Source of the DNA: a virus
Lineage: Duplodnaviria > Caudoviricetes
Virus record (IMG/VR): IMGVR_UViG_3300032290_000471
Coordinates: 1 to 62,359 of that record
DNA length: 62,359 nt
Strand: one strand, 5' to 3'
The notes below the pieces were generated by a model, which searched no databases, was not told where the DNA came from, and saw nothing but the letters and a program-made list of their open reading frames with translations. Position 1 is the first letter of the stretch; each line of letters opens with the position of its first letter. A program made the position numbers and the translations under genes. Positions 10,148-18,310 of the stretch are shown here, one piece after another.

Positions 10148-10378
10148 TCATTTTATATCGTGTTGCTCTATTAAAATCATGAACTTGTTTGCACACTCAG
10201 GGTTTTCATCTATGAAGTCGCCCATAGCCCTTTGGTAGTTGTGAAGTATTGCTGAGTCCATTTTCAGCATATCATCCATTTCTGAAGTTTTCTTTTCAAA
10301 TTCAGCCTTCTGTCTGAAGTTAATTGTAATCAGTACCGCAAATATCATTACAGTTACTGCGTAATAAATGTATTTCAT
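10148..10378 (-). CDS. Small membrane-anchored protein
   Basis: N-terminal hydrophobic helix. Confidence 0.6.
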   Translation of the reverse strand: MKYIYYAVTVMIFAVLITINFRQKAEFEKKTSEMDDMLKMDSAILHNYQRAMGDFIDENPECANKFMILIEQHDIK

Positions 10379-10399
10379 TTGTCAAGTTTTTTGTGTCAT

Positions 10400-10585
10400 T
10401 TACTCGTCACCTTCGTTGTCAGGGACTTCCCAATACCTGCAATAGAAATGTTCACCTAGACTATCTATAGCTTCTTTAGGATATCCCTGCTCTATAAGCC
10501 AAGGTATAGGGTCGTATCTTCTGTCTTCAGGTATAGGTTTAGGGAAGCCGTACTTCCATCCTGATGGTGGGTCAATCATTAGCAT
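10400..10585 (-). CDS. Hypothetical phage protein
   Basis: IDPPSGWKYGFPK motif typical of small phage proteins. Confidence 0.65.
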   Translation of the reverse strand: MLMIDPPSGWKYGFPKPIPEDRRYDPIPWLIEQGYPKEAIDSLGEHFYCRYWEVPDNEGDE

Positions 10586-11130
10586 TGTCTTTGTTTTAAT
10601 TGTTCTCTATACCATTTAGCACCTAACTTCCAAGCAGAACTTGCTGTATGTTCTTTAAATTCCCAAAATGTATATGATGCTTTCTCTATCTCCTTATCTG
10701 ATATTTCTGTTTGGGAAGATGTAACTAACTGCATAAACTCATCAAATCTTTGTGAATTAGTTTTTTCTTCATCACTTCCCTTACAAATACATTCTTCCAT
10801 ACCACAACATTCCCATACTTTATAAGTATCTTCTACCATTTCGTTGGTGTCAACAATATGGTTATCACTTCCCTTACTTCCATAAGTTTCAGCATAATAC
10901 TTCTCTGCAAAATCTGTCCCTTTCCATCTTTCTGCTGCATCTATTATCTGTTGCTTTTCCATTTCTTTGGCTTGTTCAAGTATGGCATACCAAGTAAACT
11001 TATCCTTTGGTGTGTCCCATAGTTTCTGGAATAACCATTCTGTTGATGTTTGGGAATTGTTACTTCCCTTAGGAAGATTCATCTCCCTTGACTTGATGGT
11101 CTTTCCGCCATCGGGTGATTCGTGTATCAT
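10579..11130 (-). CDS. Mosaic hypothetical protein with repeated KGS junctions
   Basis: 183 aa; internal DNA micro-repeats. Confidence 0.65.
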   Translation of the reverse strand: MIHESPDGGKTIKSREMNLPKGSNNSQTSTEWLFQKLWDTPKDKFTWYAILEQAKEMEKQQIIDAAERWKGTDFAEKYYAETYGSKGSDNHIVDTNEMVEDTYKVWECCGMEECICKGSDEEKTNSQRFDEFMQLVTSSQTEISDKEIEKASYTFWEFKEHTASSAWKLGAKWYREQLKQRQC

Positions 11131-11260
11131 GTTTGATTTTGTTTTTAGGTGGTTCGTAATTTCTTTTAAGCCATTGGAAAAAGTCTATAAGCTCAGATGT
11201 CTTCAGTCCCTCATCATATTGCCTATAGACTTTGTCCCAATCATCTGTCAACAAGTTCAT
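11069..11260 (-). CDS. Hypothetical protein
   Basis: 63-aa ORF in operon. Confidence 0.5.
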   Translation of the reverse strand: MNLLTDDWDKVYRQYDEGLKTSELIDFFQWLKRNYEPPKNKIKHDTRITRWRKDHQVKGDESS

Positions 11261-11555
11261 ACTTACATTGATTAATTAGATCATTAACTGATTCGTCAGA
11301 CTCGCTGCAATCTTTTATCATCTGATGCAGTTTCTCTAAGTCATCCTTGGTGAACGCAAACCTGCTAGCAGCAAAGTACTCATATGGATACTCGTTCTCT
11401 GTCAACTCAATCTCTGACAAGTGAAATGCCAAGATACGCTGAGGCAAAACTGTAATGGTGTATATCACATGGTACTTCTCAAACTTCTTAACCCACTTGC
11501 TGTTGGGTATCTCGTTAGGCTTGTGCGAATCGTCTATGCATATACATGGTATCAT
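11241..11555 (-). CDS. Hypothetical protein
   Basis: 104 aa, CICIDD start, coupled to neighbours. Confidence 0.65.
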   Translation of the reverse strand: MIPCICIDDSHKPNEIPNSKWVKKFEKYHVIYTITVLPQRILAFHLSEIELTENEYPYEYFAASRFAFTKDDLEKLHQMIKDCSESDESVNDLINQCKYELVDR

Positions 11556-11743
11556 TAGTCTGATATTTTTTCGTAAAAAGATTCGAAGTCAAACATCTCC
11601 TTGTCGGCGTCCCTATGCGCCCTCTCGTAGGCTATCTCAAGGATTGTGCGTTCGGCTTCCAAGTATCTGTCAACATCTATCTCGAAATTTTCGTCGTCTT
11701 TTGAGTTTCTTATCTCCTCAAATAGTTGTTGCATCGGTGTCAT
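11555..11743 (-). CDS. Hypothetical protein
   Basis: Likely start MTPMQQ at 11743. Confidence 0.55.
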   Translation of the reverse strand: MTPMQQLFEEIRNSKDDENFEIDVDRYLEAERTILEIAYERAHRDADKEMFDFESFYEKISD

Positions 11744-11936
11744 GTCTTTCAATTTCAAATGATTTCTGAAGTATTGTGTCGTTGATGGTGTCCTCATGGA
11801 ACCCTAATGATTTAGAGGCTCTTATAAACATGTCGAATACCTCTGAATAAGTCAAGTCTGACCTGTCTCTTTTGATTGCTACTTTTTCGTCGTAGTGTTT
11901 CATCACAATGATGAATGGTGTGTTGATGTTGCTCAT
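11718..11936 (-). CDS. Hypothetical protein
   Basis: 72 aa, coupled stop/start. Confidence 0.55.
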   Translation of the reverse strand: MSNINTPFIIVMKHYDEKVAIKRDRSDLTYSEVFDMFIRASKSLGFHEDTINDTILQKSFEIERHDTDATTI

Positions 11937-12274
11937 TTTTTGATTGTTTTTTTACATTTATAACATTTAATTTCTCCTGTGTATGAGTTAAACTCAGGGT
12001 AGTCACATTCGCATGATACTACCTTTATTGTACCGTCTTCGTTGAACAAACTCTCTTTAAGTTGGGTTAGTGTCACACACTTCTCGTACATCTCAACATC
12101 CTGAAAGTAATCTATCAGCATATCGTATACGTTTGGTGTCAACTCTTCCGTAGGTACATGTGCCGTTATGTTCAACTCAGAATCTATAACCTCTTCTATC
12201 GTGGCCAAGTTGGTCAGGATATTAAAAGAGTTCATCATCGCTATGTGCAGAATCTGCTTTGTATTCATGGTCAT
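11933..12274 (-). CDS. Hypothetical protein with C-terminal Cys cluster
   Basis: CEC...CYKC. Confidence 0.6.
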   Translation of the reverse strand: MTMNTKQILHIAMMNSFNILTNLATIEEVIDSELNITAHVPTEELTPNVYDMLIDYFQDVEMYEKCVTLTQLKESLFNEDGTIKVVSCECDYPEFNSYTGEIKCYKCKKTIKK

Positions 12275-14663
12275 TCTTTTTTCTTATTATTATCCATCTG
12301 CCTACTTGGTCACGTCCCTCCTCAGGCACAGTGCCCTCCTTAAATATAGCGTAAGATACTAACCATTTATAAAACTTTGTCCTGCTTATTGTCATCTTTG
12401 ACTTTGGTCCATAGTCAGGATACTCGTTGATAAACTCATAGTACAAGTCGTTCTTGTATAGCCTTACTCCTGTCTGCAATATTGAGTGATTGGCGCCATT
12501 CTCAATAAGCCCACACCACTCTATAAATTCGTGGCACGTCTCTGCTGATAACTGCCTGATATTCAAGTTAACAAACTTACTCTTGACAAGTCCCGTATTA
12601 AGATATCCGCATAAACAACCAATCATGTAGTTGTCAAACTCGCACCAATCGTCATCGTTCCAATCGCCAAACATCAGCTTACCAAACTCATCAAGAGGAG
12701 TAAACTCCTTGCTGTAGTATTGGTGTAACTCCAATTCCCACTTGCGACGAGCAAACGAGTTGCCCGCTCCCTTGATGGCGTAGTTGGTGGTGATGGCAAT
12801 CTTAGGAGACTTGCTGAACGGAATTTTGATGGCGTCCTTGTTCTTCTTCTCAAGCGTCAGCCCCTCGGTAACTACGCTGAACAAGCGCTCAAAGTCAAAG
12901 TGTTTCTTCACGTCATCAAAGACAAGTATCTGCGTGTCTGCTGATACCAACTGATAGGCGAACGACCGCTCAAAGGTGAACGACTTTCCGTCAATGGTTA
13001 CTACCTTCTTCATCTTACTCAGCGCATTCATGAAAAGACCCTTCCCGGTGCCTCCCTCAGGATTGTCGCTGATGACCTCGTCATTGAGTATAACTGCGGG
13101 GCAAAAGGAAAGGTTCTTGTGTGCGTGAAGCATAAACCCAATAGTCGACTCCATTGATTTTATACGACCTTCATCGCCTCCGCATATGTTTGATATGAAC
13201 TTACGATAGTCGCAGTCATCGGTTACGCTGCACATAGTGAAGTTTCGGTCTATGACATGGTCTTTCCACACATAGCCACCCAAGTCCAAGTAGTCTATAG
13301 GCTTTACCTCGTCATTGGTAATCTTTACAGCACAGTTCTTATAGTATAGATAAGCTGCGTCTTTAGTATCTTCAATGAAATAAATATCAATGGTAGATAG
13401 CATCGAAAGGAACTCCTCCTTAAAAAATCTAGTATTGTCAGCGAAGTAATTATAGATTGATATGTCGTCAAGCTCATATAAATGGTTGAGGACAAAGTCT
13501 TTGATTTCCTTCTCGGAAGTATGGTCTACCAAGTTGTTTGTAACCTTTACGAAGATATAACTCTTGCCTCCTTCGGGATAGAACTTGTAGAACCCATTGT
13601 CCTCTAGGAATTGCTTAAGCAATATGTGTACCACTCTTATGACTCCCCTGTCGTTTATGGTCCAAAATATCTGCTTAGAGTTCTCCTCCTCTACTTTATT
13701 GAGCACTGCGTCTATAATCTCGGGCTCTAAGTCACTCTCCTGCAATTGCAGTCGCACCTCCTTTTTTGATACACCCCTGCGTAGTTTCGCCTTTATGTGA
13801 TTGATGCGTTCCTCGTCCTCGTAGTACTTAGTACCGAAGTTCATCGTGTTCTTGTACGCAGAATCTATCGTGGTAGATATCTCTCTAGAGGTAAAGTCAG
13901 ATGATGAGTATTGGTTCAGCACATATGAGGCGAGCCCCTTGTTGACACCAAAATCATTGAATGCCATAGCAAGTATGTAACAGTTCTGATTGCGTTGGCC
14001 CTCGCTCATCGGATACTTTTTAGACCACCACTTAACAAGTATCTCGGCAATCTTATTCTCGTCGGTAATAGGTATGGTAGGTTGGTCTTTGAACTTGTTA
14101 ACCTCAGTGTACTCGTGCTCCTCAATTAGGTCCCATATTGACGAGTTCTCGTTGATGTATATCAGTGGGTCGTATGACTCGTAGCATACACGGCTTAGGT
14201 TCTTGCTTGTCTTGTCAAAGTATGGAGAGTTAAAGTACTTCTCTAGACTATTGAAGTAGTTGGAGTGGTTCTCAGGGTCCTTAGGTATCCTTACCAATGC
14301 CTTTAGGCCATTCCCTGAAGGAGATATGAACACTGAATAGACATAGTTATTTTTGCTCAGCCTCTCCTTCTCCTGCAACAACTCCTTCTGCTTCTCATAC
14401 CCATCGAAGTCCAAGCATATGAGCCCGCTGTGGTCTATCAGTGAGTTGTCCGCCCTCTTGTTGAAAGTACCGCTGAAGCATATTGCAGGCAAACTCTTTT
14501 TTAGTTCGTTCTTCTCAGCCTTCCTCTTCTCCAATCTAATCTTGTTTACAAGATCCTTGGTGGCTCCGTCCTTTATCCTCTCTAAGATATCGTTGACATC
14601 TCTGAAGAATGGAGTCGAAGTCTCCCTTATATTTTGGAATATAGTGACATTATGTGTCGGCAT
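12222..14663 (-). CDS. Primase-helicase (BT4734/VirE-N AEP-like primase, PriCT, SF3 helicase)
   Basis: LPAICFSGTF, GLICLDFD, FISPSGNGLK, EGQRN, GGTGKG Walker A, VFDD Walker B, ITTN motif C. Confidence 0.88.
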   Translation of the reverse strand: MPTHNVTIFQNIRETSTPFFRDVNDILERIKDGATKDLVNKIRLEKRKAEKNELKKSLPAICFSGTFNKRADNSLIDHSGLICLDFDGYEKQKELLQEKERLSKNNYVYSVFISPSGNGLKALVRIPKDPENHSNYFNSLEKYFNSPYFDKTSKNLSRVCYESYDPLIYINENSSIWDLIEEHEYTEVNKFKDQPTIPITDENKIAEILVKWWSKKYPMSEGQRNQNCYILAMAFNDFGVNKGLASYVLNQYSSSDFTSREISTTIDSAYKNTMNFGTKYYEDEERINHIKAKLRRGVSKKEVRLQLQESDLEPEIIDAVLNKVEEENSKQIFWTINDRGVIRVVHILLKQFLEDNGFYKFYPEGGKSYIFVKVTNNLVDHTSEKEIKDFVLNHLYELDDISIYNYFADNTRFFKEEFLSMLSTIDIYFIEDTKDAAYLYYKNCAVKITNDEVKPIDYLDLGGYVWKDHVIDRNFTMCSVTDDCDYRKFISNICGGDEGRIKSMESTIGFMLHAHKNLSFCPAVILNDEVISDNPEGGTGKGLFMNALSKMKKVVTIDGKSFTFERSFAYQLVSADTQILVFDDVKKHFDFERLFSVVTEGLTLEKKNKDAIKIPFSKSPKIAITTNYAIKGAGNSFARRKWELELHQYYSKEFTPLDEFGKLMFGDWNDDDWCEFDNYMIGCLCGYLNTGLVKSKFVNLNIRQLSAETCHEFIEWCGLIENGANHSILQTGVRLYKNDLYYEFINEYPDYGPKSKMTISRTKFYKWLVSYAIFKEGTVPEEGRDQVGRWIIIRKKNDHEYKADSAHSDDELF

Positions 14664-14664
14664 T

Positions 14665-14818
14665 GTGTCGGTTTTATGTCGGAATTATTTTACTAACTAT
14701 TTGATAATCAATTACTATGTCAATAATGTTAATTTTATCTTTCTTTTATAGCCATAAAAATAATAATAATAATAAGAGAATAATAAAAAAAGTATAGAAG
14801 AAGAAAATTGACATTTCG
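14665..14818. repeat. 154-bp imperfect direct repeat, copy 1 (origin-like element)
   Basis: Aligns with 26046-26199. Confidence 0.85.
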
Positions 14819-14826
14819 ACATGAAT

Positions 14827-14851
14827 AAAAAAGGGGAGCGAACTCCCCTTT
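14827..14851 (-). terminator. Intrinsic terminator after ssb
   Basis: AAAGGGGAG-UUCG-CUCCCCUUU plus U-tract. Confidence 0.8.
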
Positions 14852-14871
14852 GCTTTGGGTTTTTCTGATAC

Positions 14872-15153
14872 TTAGAACGGCAAGTCGGCGTCCTCTTGTA
14901 CCTTTTTGGATTTAGAAGCGGGCGCTGTCTTGGCATCAGCCTTAGGCTTGGCTTCAAAAGTGTCCAACTCAGAGTAGTAGTTGCCACTACGTGCCTGCTT
15001 GATGTTAATGTTTACCCAACCGCCTTTGTCATGCTTCTTCATGAAGGCAATGGCTTCATCAACTTTCATTGATAATCTGCCCACGACAAAGTCAGGGGCG
15101 TTTTCGTTCCTCTTGAAGAGGAATCCGTCTGCGAAGATTTTTTCTTCTGTCAT
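14872..15153 (-). CDS. Single-stranded DNA-binding protein (putative)
   Basis: Small beta-rich protein with acidic DADLPF tail, in the Sak/exonuclease module. Confidence 0.65.
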   Translation of the reverse strand: MTEEKIFADGFLFKRNENAPDFVVGRLSMKVDEAIAFMKKHDKGGWVNINIKQARSGNYYSELDTFEAKPKADAKTAPASKSKKVQEDADLPF

Positions 15154-15230
15154 CTTAAATGGTTTAAATATTGGCGCAATCTGTTAATCTTCGTACCGAA
15201 TCCTTGCGCCTGAACGCAGTACAAAGTATC

Positions 15231-15965
15231 TTAGTCGAGCGTGTCCTCGATGTAGTAATTCAAGATGTCGTCGGTGGCATTTTGACTGAAATACCTGCGG
15301 TATACATCAACAGCCCTCTCAACCTTAGCCTCTCCGCCTCGTAGGAAGCTCTCTGTTGGCCTATAAATACCCAACTGATGTGATTCCTTGTCTATGACAA
15401 AAAAGACCAAAGGTTTGCCAAATAATCGCTCGTAGATAAAACACTGCGAATCGTAGTTGTACGACTTGGCTGAGTACCTGAACTTGTTGATGTCACTTGT
15501 CGTCTTGAGGTCAATGAGCATGGTGTCTGTCTCGATATCGCACTTGCCCTTCCACATCTCACCCTTAATCTCACCGATACCGGGCTTCTCGTAGTTGTTG
15601 CCGTGCTTGTATATCTCATCAAAGAAAACAATATTGCTCTTGATAACCGACACCATTTTATACACATCGTCAACCTCCTTCTTCAGTAGGGCGAACTTTA
15701 TGTTGTTGTCCTCGCAGAAGTTCTTGTACTCCTTGGTGGTGCGTGTACTCACGTCAACCATCTTGAAGTCGACGGCCTTGTGTGGCTCCAACAATAACTG
15801 ATGGAACAGACGGCCCTCGGCAAAAGACTTGTTGTCCTCCCTCGGCTTTCTGAAGTCTTGTGGGTTAGTAAGCAAGGCCCCGATGTCAGAATTGGAGAGG
15901 TAGTTCTTGCCGAGTCCGCTGTAGTACTCTGCGTCGTTTTTAAGCGTCTCAATTATTTGGCTCAT
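15231..15965 (-). CDS. RecE/DUF3799-like PD-(D/E)XK exonuclease
   Basis: LSNSDI, GRLFHQLLLEP, KGKCD, IDLKTT, YDSQ. Confidence 0.8.
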   Translation of the reverse strand: MSQIIETLKNDAEYYSGLGKNYLSNSDIGALLTNPQDFRKPREDNKSFAEGRLFHQLLLEPHKAVDFKMVDVSTRTTKEYKNFCEDNNIKFALLKKEVDDVYKMVSVIKSNIVFFDEIYKHGNNYEKPGIGEIKGEMWKGKCDIETDTMLIDLKTTSDINKFRYSAKSYNYDSQCFIYERLFGKPLVFFVIDKESHQLGIYRPTESFLRGGEAKVERAVDVYRRYFSQNATDDILNYYIEDTLD

Positions 15966-16540
15966 TTTACAAGCAGGTTAATCTCCTTTTGAACAGGAGC
16001 GGTGATTTTATACTTTCGTGATAGTTGGGCAACAATCTTGTCTACGCCCAAAGCCTTGTTGGCTTGTATGTATACCTTCACCTTCTCCCAATTGTCAGAC
16101 TTGGGTGACAACACCTCAAGTTCTTTTGGCTCGGCTACAGGCGTGTCGGCGTCAGGTATATCTTCTCCTGTCCAAAGGAATATACCAAGTCCGTGCATAG
16201 CGATAGCCTTTGCTGTGCTACGCTGAATGGTCTTGTTCACATCCATAGAGGTGACCTTGTCTACGCCAATGGCGTTGTTTCTGAAGTCCATGACGGGCAG
16301 GAAGTCAATGTGTTCTAAGTCGTTGACTGTGATGCCCACCTTTACCCAACAGGTACGCCCATCGGTGAAGTAGTTGAATCCTGTTTGATCGCATTCGTAC
16401 ACCTTACGCTGTGCGTCAGGGTAGTGGGCTTTCAACACGGCCCATGCGTTGGCCCAAGAAATGTAGTCGAGCTGACCTTTGCGCTCAACCTTGTCCTTCA
16501 TGTTGACGGAGGACAGCGTCTGAAAAACTGAATTGCTCAT
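15962..16540 (-). CDS. sak: Sak/Rad52-like single-strand annealing protein (DUF1071-like)
   Basis: LDYISWANAW, LPVMDFRN, KTIQRSTAKAIAMHGLG. Confidence 0.85.
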   Translation of the reverse strand: MSNSVFQTLSSVNMKDKVERKGQLDYISWANAWAVLKAHYPDAQRKVYECDQTGFNYFTDGRTCWVKVGITVNDLEHIDFLPVMDFRNNAIGVDKVTSMDVNKTIQRSTAKAIAMHGLGIFLWTGEDIPDADTPVAEPKELEVLSPKSDNWEKVKVYIQANKALGVDKIVAQLSRKYKITAPVQKEINLLVK

Positions 16541-16553
16541 GTTTGATTTGATT

Positions 16554-16862
16554 TTATGAAGTTAATGATAATCCATCCTGAATCTTGTGAACCATGTTGG
16601 AATAGTCTGCGTCCGCTCTCATCTTCTCATCCATGGCTATTATGCCACGCATGATGGTGGTGTGCGCCGTCTCATACCCGTTGTCAGCCATGCACCTATT
16701 GATGAAGTTGACCTGCATAGGTCGGTGGTAGCATAGGTAGTACAGCGTCTGTCTTGCGTCTACGATATCAGACTTCTTTGACTTGGAGAAAAGCTCTTCC
16801 CTCGTTATGTGGTACTTGCGAATGATGATGTCCACATACTCGTTAAATACATCTCGTTTCAT
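16554..16862 (-). CDS. DnaA C-terminal (domain IV)-like HTH protein
   Basis: LFSKSKKSDIVDARQTLYYLC...AHTTIMRG. Confidence 0.7.
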   Translation of the reverse strand: MKRDVFNEYVDIIIRKYHITREELFSKSKKSDIVDARQTLYYLCYHRPMQVNFINRCMADNGYETAHTTIMRGIIAMDEKMRADADYSNMVHKIQDGLSLTS

Positions 16863-16883
16863 TTGATTGATTGTTAATTAGTG

Positions 16884-16891
16884 CAAAGATA
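16884..16891 (-). promoter_or_regulatory. Bacteroidota -7 box TATCTTTG for the recombination/replication operon
   Basis: TAnnTTTG about 20 nt upstream of ATG 16862. Confidence 0.6.
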
Positions 16892-16897
16892 GTGAGT

Positions 16898-17176
16898 TTA
16901 GTTATCTTTACCAAAAAGTTTATCTATTTGTTTTGTAGCCAATTTAGTGGCGTCAGCAATCTTTTCATATGAAACTACTGTAGCCATGAAAAGTATCTCG
17001 TTATAGTCGAAGTTTTTGTGTATATATTCAGCAATCATGCTCATCCTAGGCGACTCCTTCCCAAAGAAAGCGTCTTTAATTACGAAGGAAACTAAGTCTT
17101 CGTTATGCTTACTAAAATCAGATTGGTTTATACCCAAGGCTTCTGTTGTTGAATCCACATCGTGATTGAATGTCAT
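16898..17176 (-). CDS. Hypothetical protein
   Basis: Likely start MTFNHD at 17176 after an A-rich leader. Confidence 0.6.
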   Translation of the reverse strand: MTFNHDVDSTTEALGINQSDFSKHNEDLVSFVIKDAFFGKESPRMSMIAEYIHKNFDYNEILFMATVVSYEKIADATKLATKQIDKLFGKDN

Positions 17177-17204
17177 TGTATTTGTTTTTTTGATTGTTAA
17201 TAAA

Positions 17205-17335
17205 AGTGGCACTCTCGCAGTTCCCGCGCACCTGCTGTCCTTATGGTATGAAGAACCTAGCGGAACCAAAGTCAGGACAACTATGTCTGAGCCAACCCCG
17301 ATGCAAGGGTACAAGGCAAAGTACTCTCCGCTGTT
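17205..17335 (-). ncRNA. Candidate structured non-coding RNA (pseudoknot potential)
   Basis: GC-rich intergenic stretch with two crossing helices of 7 and 8 bp. Confidence 0.35.
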
Positions 17336-17341
17336 AATTAA

Positions 17342-18310
17342 TCATTTCTGTTTTTTATTCCTATTATTATTGCTACTACTGCGTAGCATACTGATATTAT
17401 TAGAAGTATCGTCATGTAAATCGTTTATTGTTTTGAATATTTTATAGGCCACTTGCGGTACAATCGCATTGCCGTAACCCATTATTGACTCTTTGCGCCA
17501 CCTTGAAAAGGTAATTCCGTCCAATTCGGTGGGAAGCCCATCATCTCCGCCACAAAGCGGGGGTTGAGTTGGGAACTCTTCCCACCATCTTTTGATGCCA
17601 ACCGACTCAGCGTCATGCTGTGCATACTGCCATCCTTCACTTGCGTTGACTTCATTGTCCCTACTGACGATGAACTGTCGAAAGCTGTCGGTGTCGGAAG
17701 CATACGAAACTTCGCCATCTGCTTGAGTGGCATCTGAAGGTTGACCCCCTTGTCCTTGTACTTCTGCTTGTCTGCGTCCCACTTCTCCTGACTCCTCGCC
17801 GTGTTGTAGTCGAAGCGACATGGAGTCGGTAGCAACGAACCAACATCGCTCTCTGCGATGCGGCGCACCGACACTTGCAGCTGCAAGTAATATCGGTTGT
17901 ACTTCGTAGCCGCAACCTTCCAAGTCAGCACACACCTCTTCGAATACCAACCCTCCTGACCAATTAAAGATGCCACGAACGTTTTCGCCCACGACGTAGG
18001 TTGGTCTAATTTCTTGAACAGCTCTAAGCATGTGAGGCCACAAGTGGCGCTCATCGTTTTTGCCGAGTCGTTTTCCTGCGAGTGAGTAGGGTTGGCAGGG
18101 GAAGCCACCTGTAAGGATGTCAATACATCCTCTGTGAATAGTGAAGTCTGTTTGAGTAATGTCATGATAAGAGATTGCGTTTGGCCAATAATGTTTTAAT
18201 ATCTGTCGGGGGAATGGCATCCACTCACAATGGAATACGTTCTGCCAACCCATCCACTCGGCAGCCAAGTCAAAGCCGCCTATACCGCTGAATAAGGATC
18301 CGTGTCTCAT
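17342..18310 (-). CDS. DNA cytosine-5 methyltransferase, alpha polypeptide
   Basis: Motif I FSGIGG, IV GGFPCQ, VI ENVRG, VIII HRRER, X GNAIVPQVA; motif IX not seen in this frame. Confidence 0.92.
   Translation of the reverse strand: MRHGSLFSGIGGFDLAAEWMGWQNVFHCEWMPFPRQILKHYWPNAISYHDITQTDFTIHRGCIDILTGGFPCQPYSLAGKRLGKNDERHLWPHMLRAVQEIRPTYVVGENVRGIFNWSGGLVFEEVCADLEGCGYEVQPILLAAASVGAPHRRERCWFVATDSMSLRLQHGEESGEVGRRQAEVQGQGGQPSDATQADGEVSYASDTDSFRQFIVSRDNEVNASEGWQYAQHDAESVGIKRWWEEFPTQPPLCGGDDGLPTELDGITFSRWRKESIMGYGNAIVPQVAYKIFKTINDLHDDTSNNISMLRSSSNNNRNKKQK
17482..18165 (-). CDS. Nested alternative-frame methyltransferase beta polypeptide (target-recognition region plus motif IX)
   Basis: 227-aa +1-frame ORF with LLPTP/MLPTP and LNPRFVAEMMGFPPNWT. 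Confidence 0.75.
   Translation of the reverse strand: MTLLKQTSLFTEDVLTSLQVASPANPTHSQENDSAKTMSATCGLTCLELFKKLDQPTSWAKTFVASLIGQEGWYSKRCVLTWKVAATKYNRYYLQLQVSVRRIAESDVGSLLPTPCRFDYNTARSQEKWDADKQKYKDKGVNLQMPLKQMAKFRMLPTPTAFDSSSSVGTMKSTQVKDGSMHSMTLSRLASKDGGKSSQLNPRFVAEMMGFPPNWTELPFQGGAKSQ

Noticed and set aside
16898-17314. 138-aa N-terminally extended ORF
   Set aside because: A better ATG with an A-rich leader is at 17176; the extension overlaps the structured intergenic region
17661-17915. Third overlapping frame in the methyltransferase
   Set aside because: R/S/T-rich with no motif; expected by chance in a stop-poor dual-coding region
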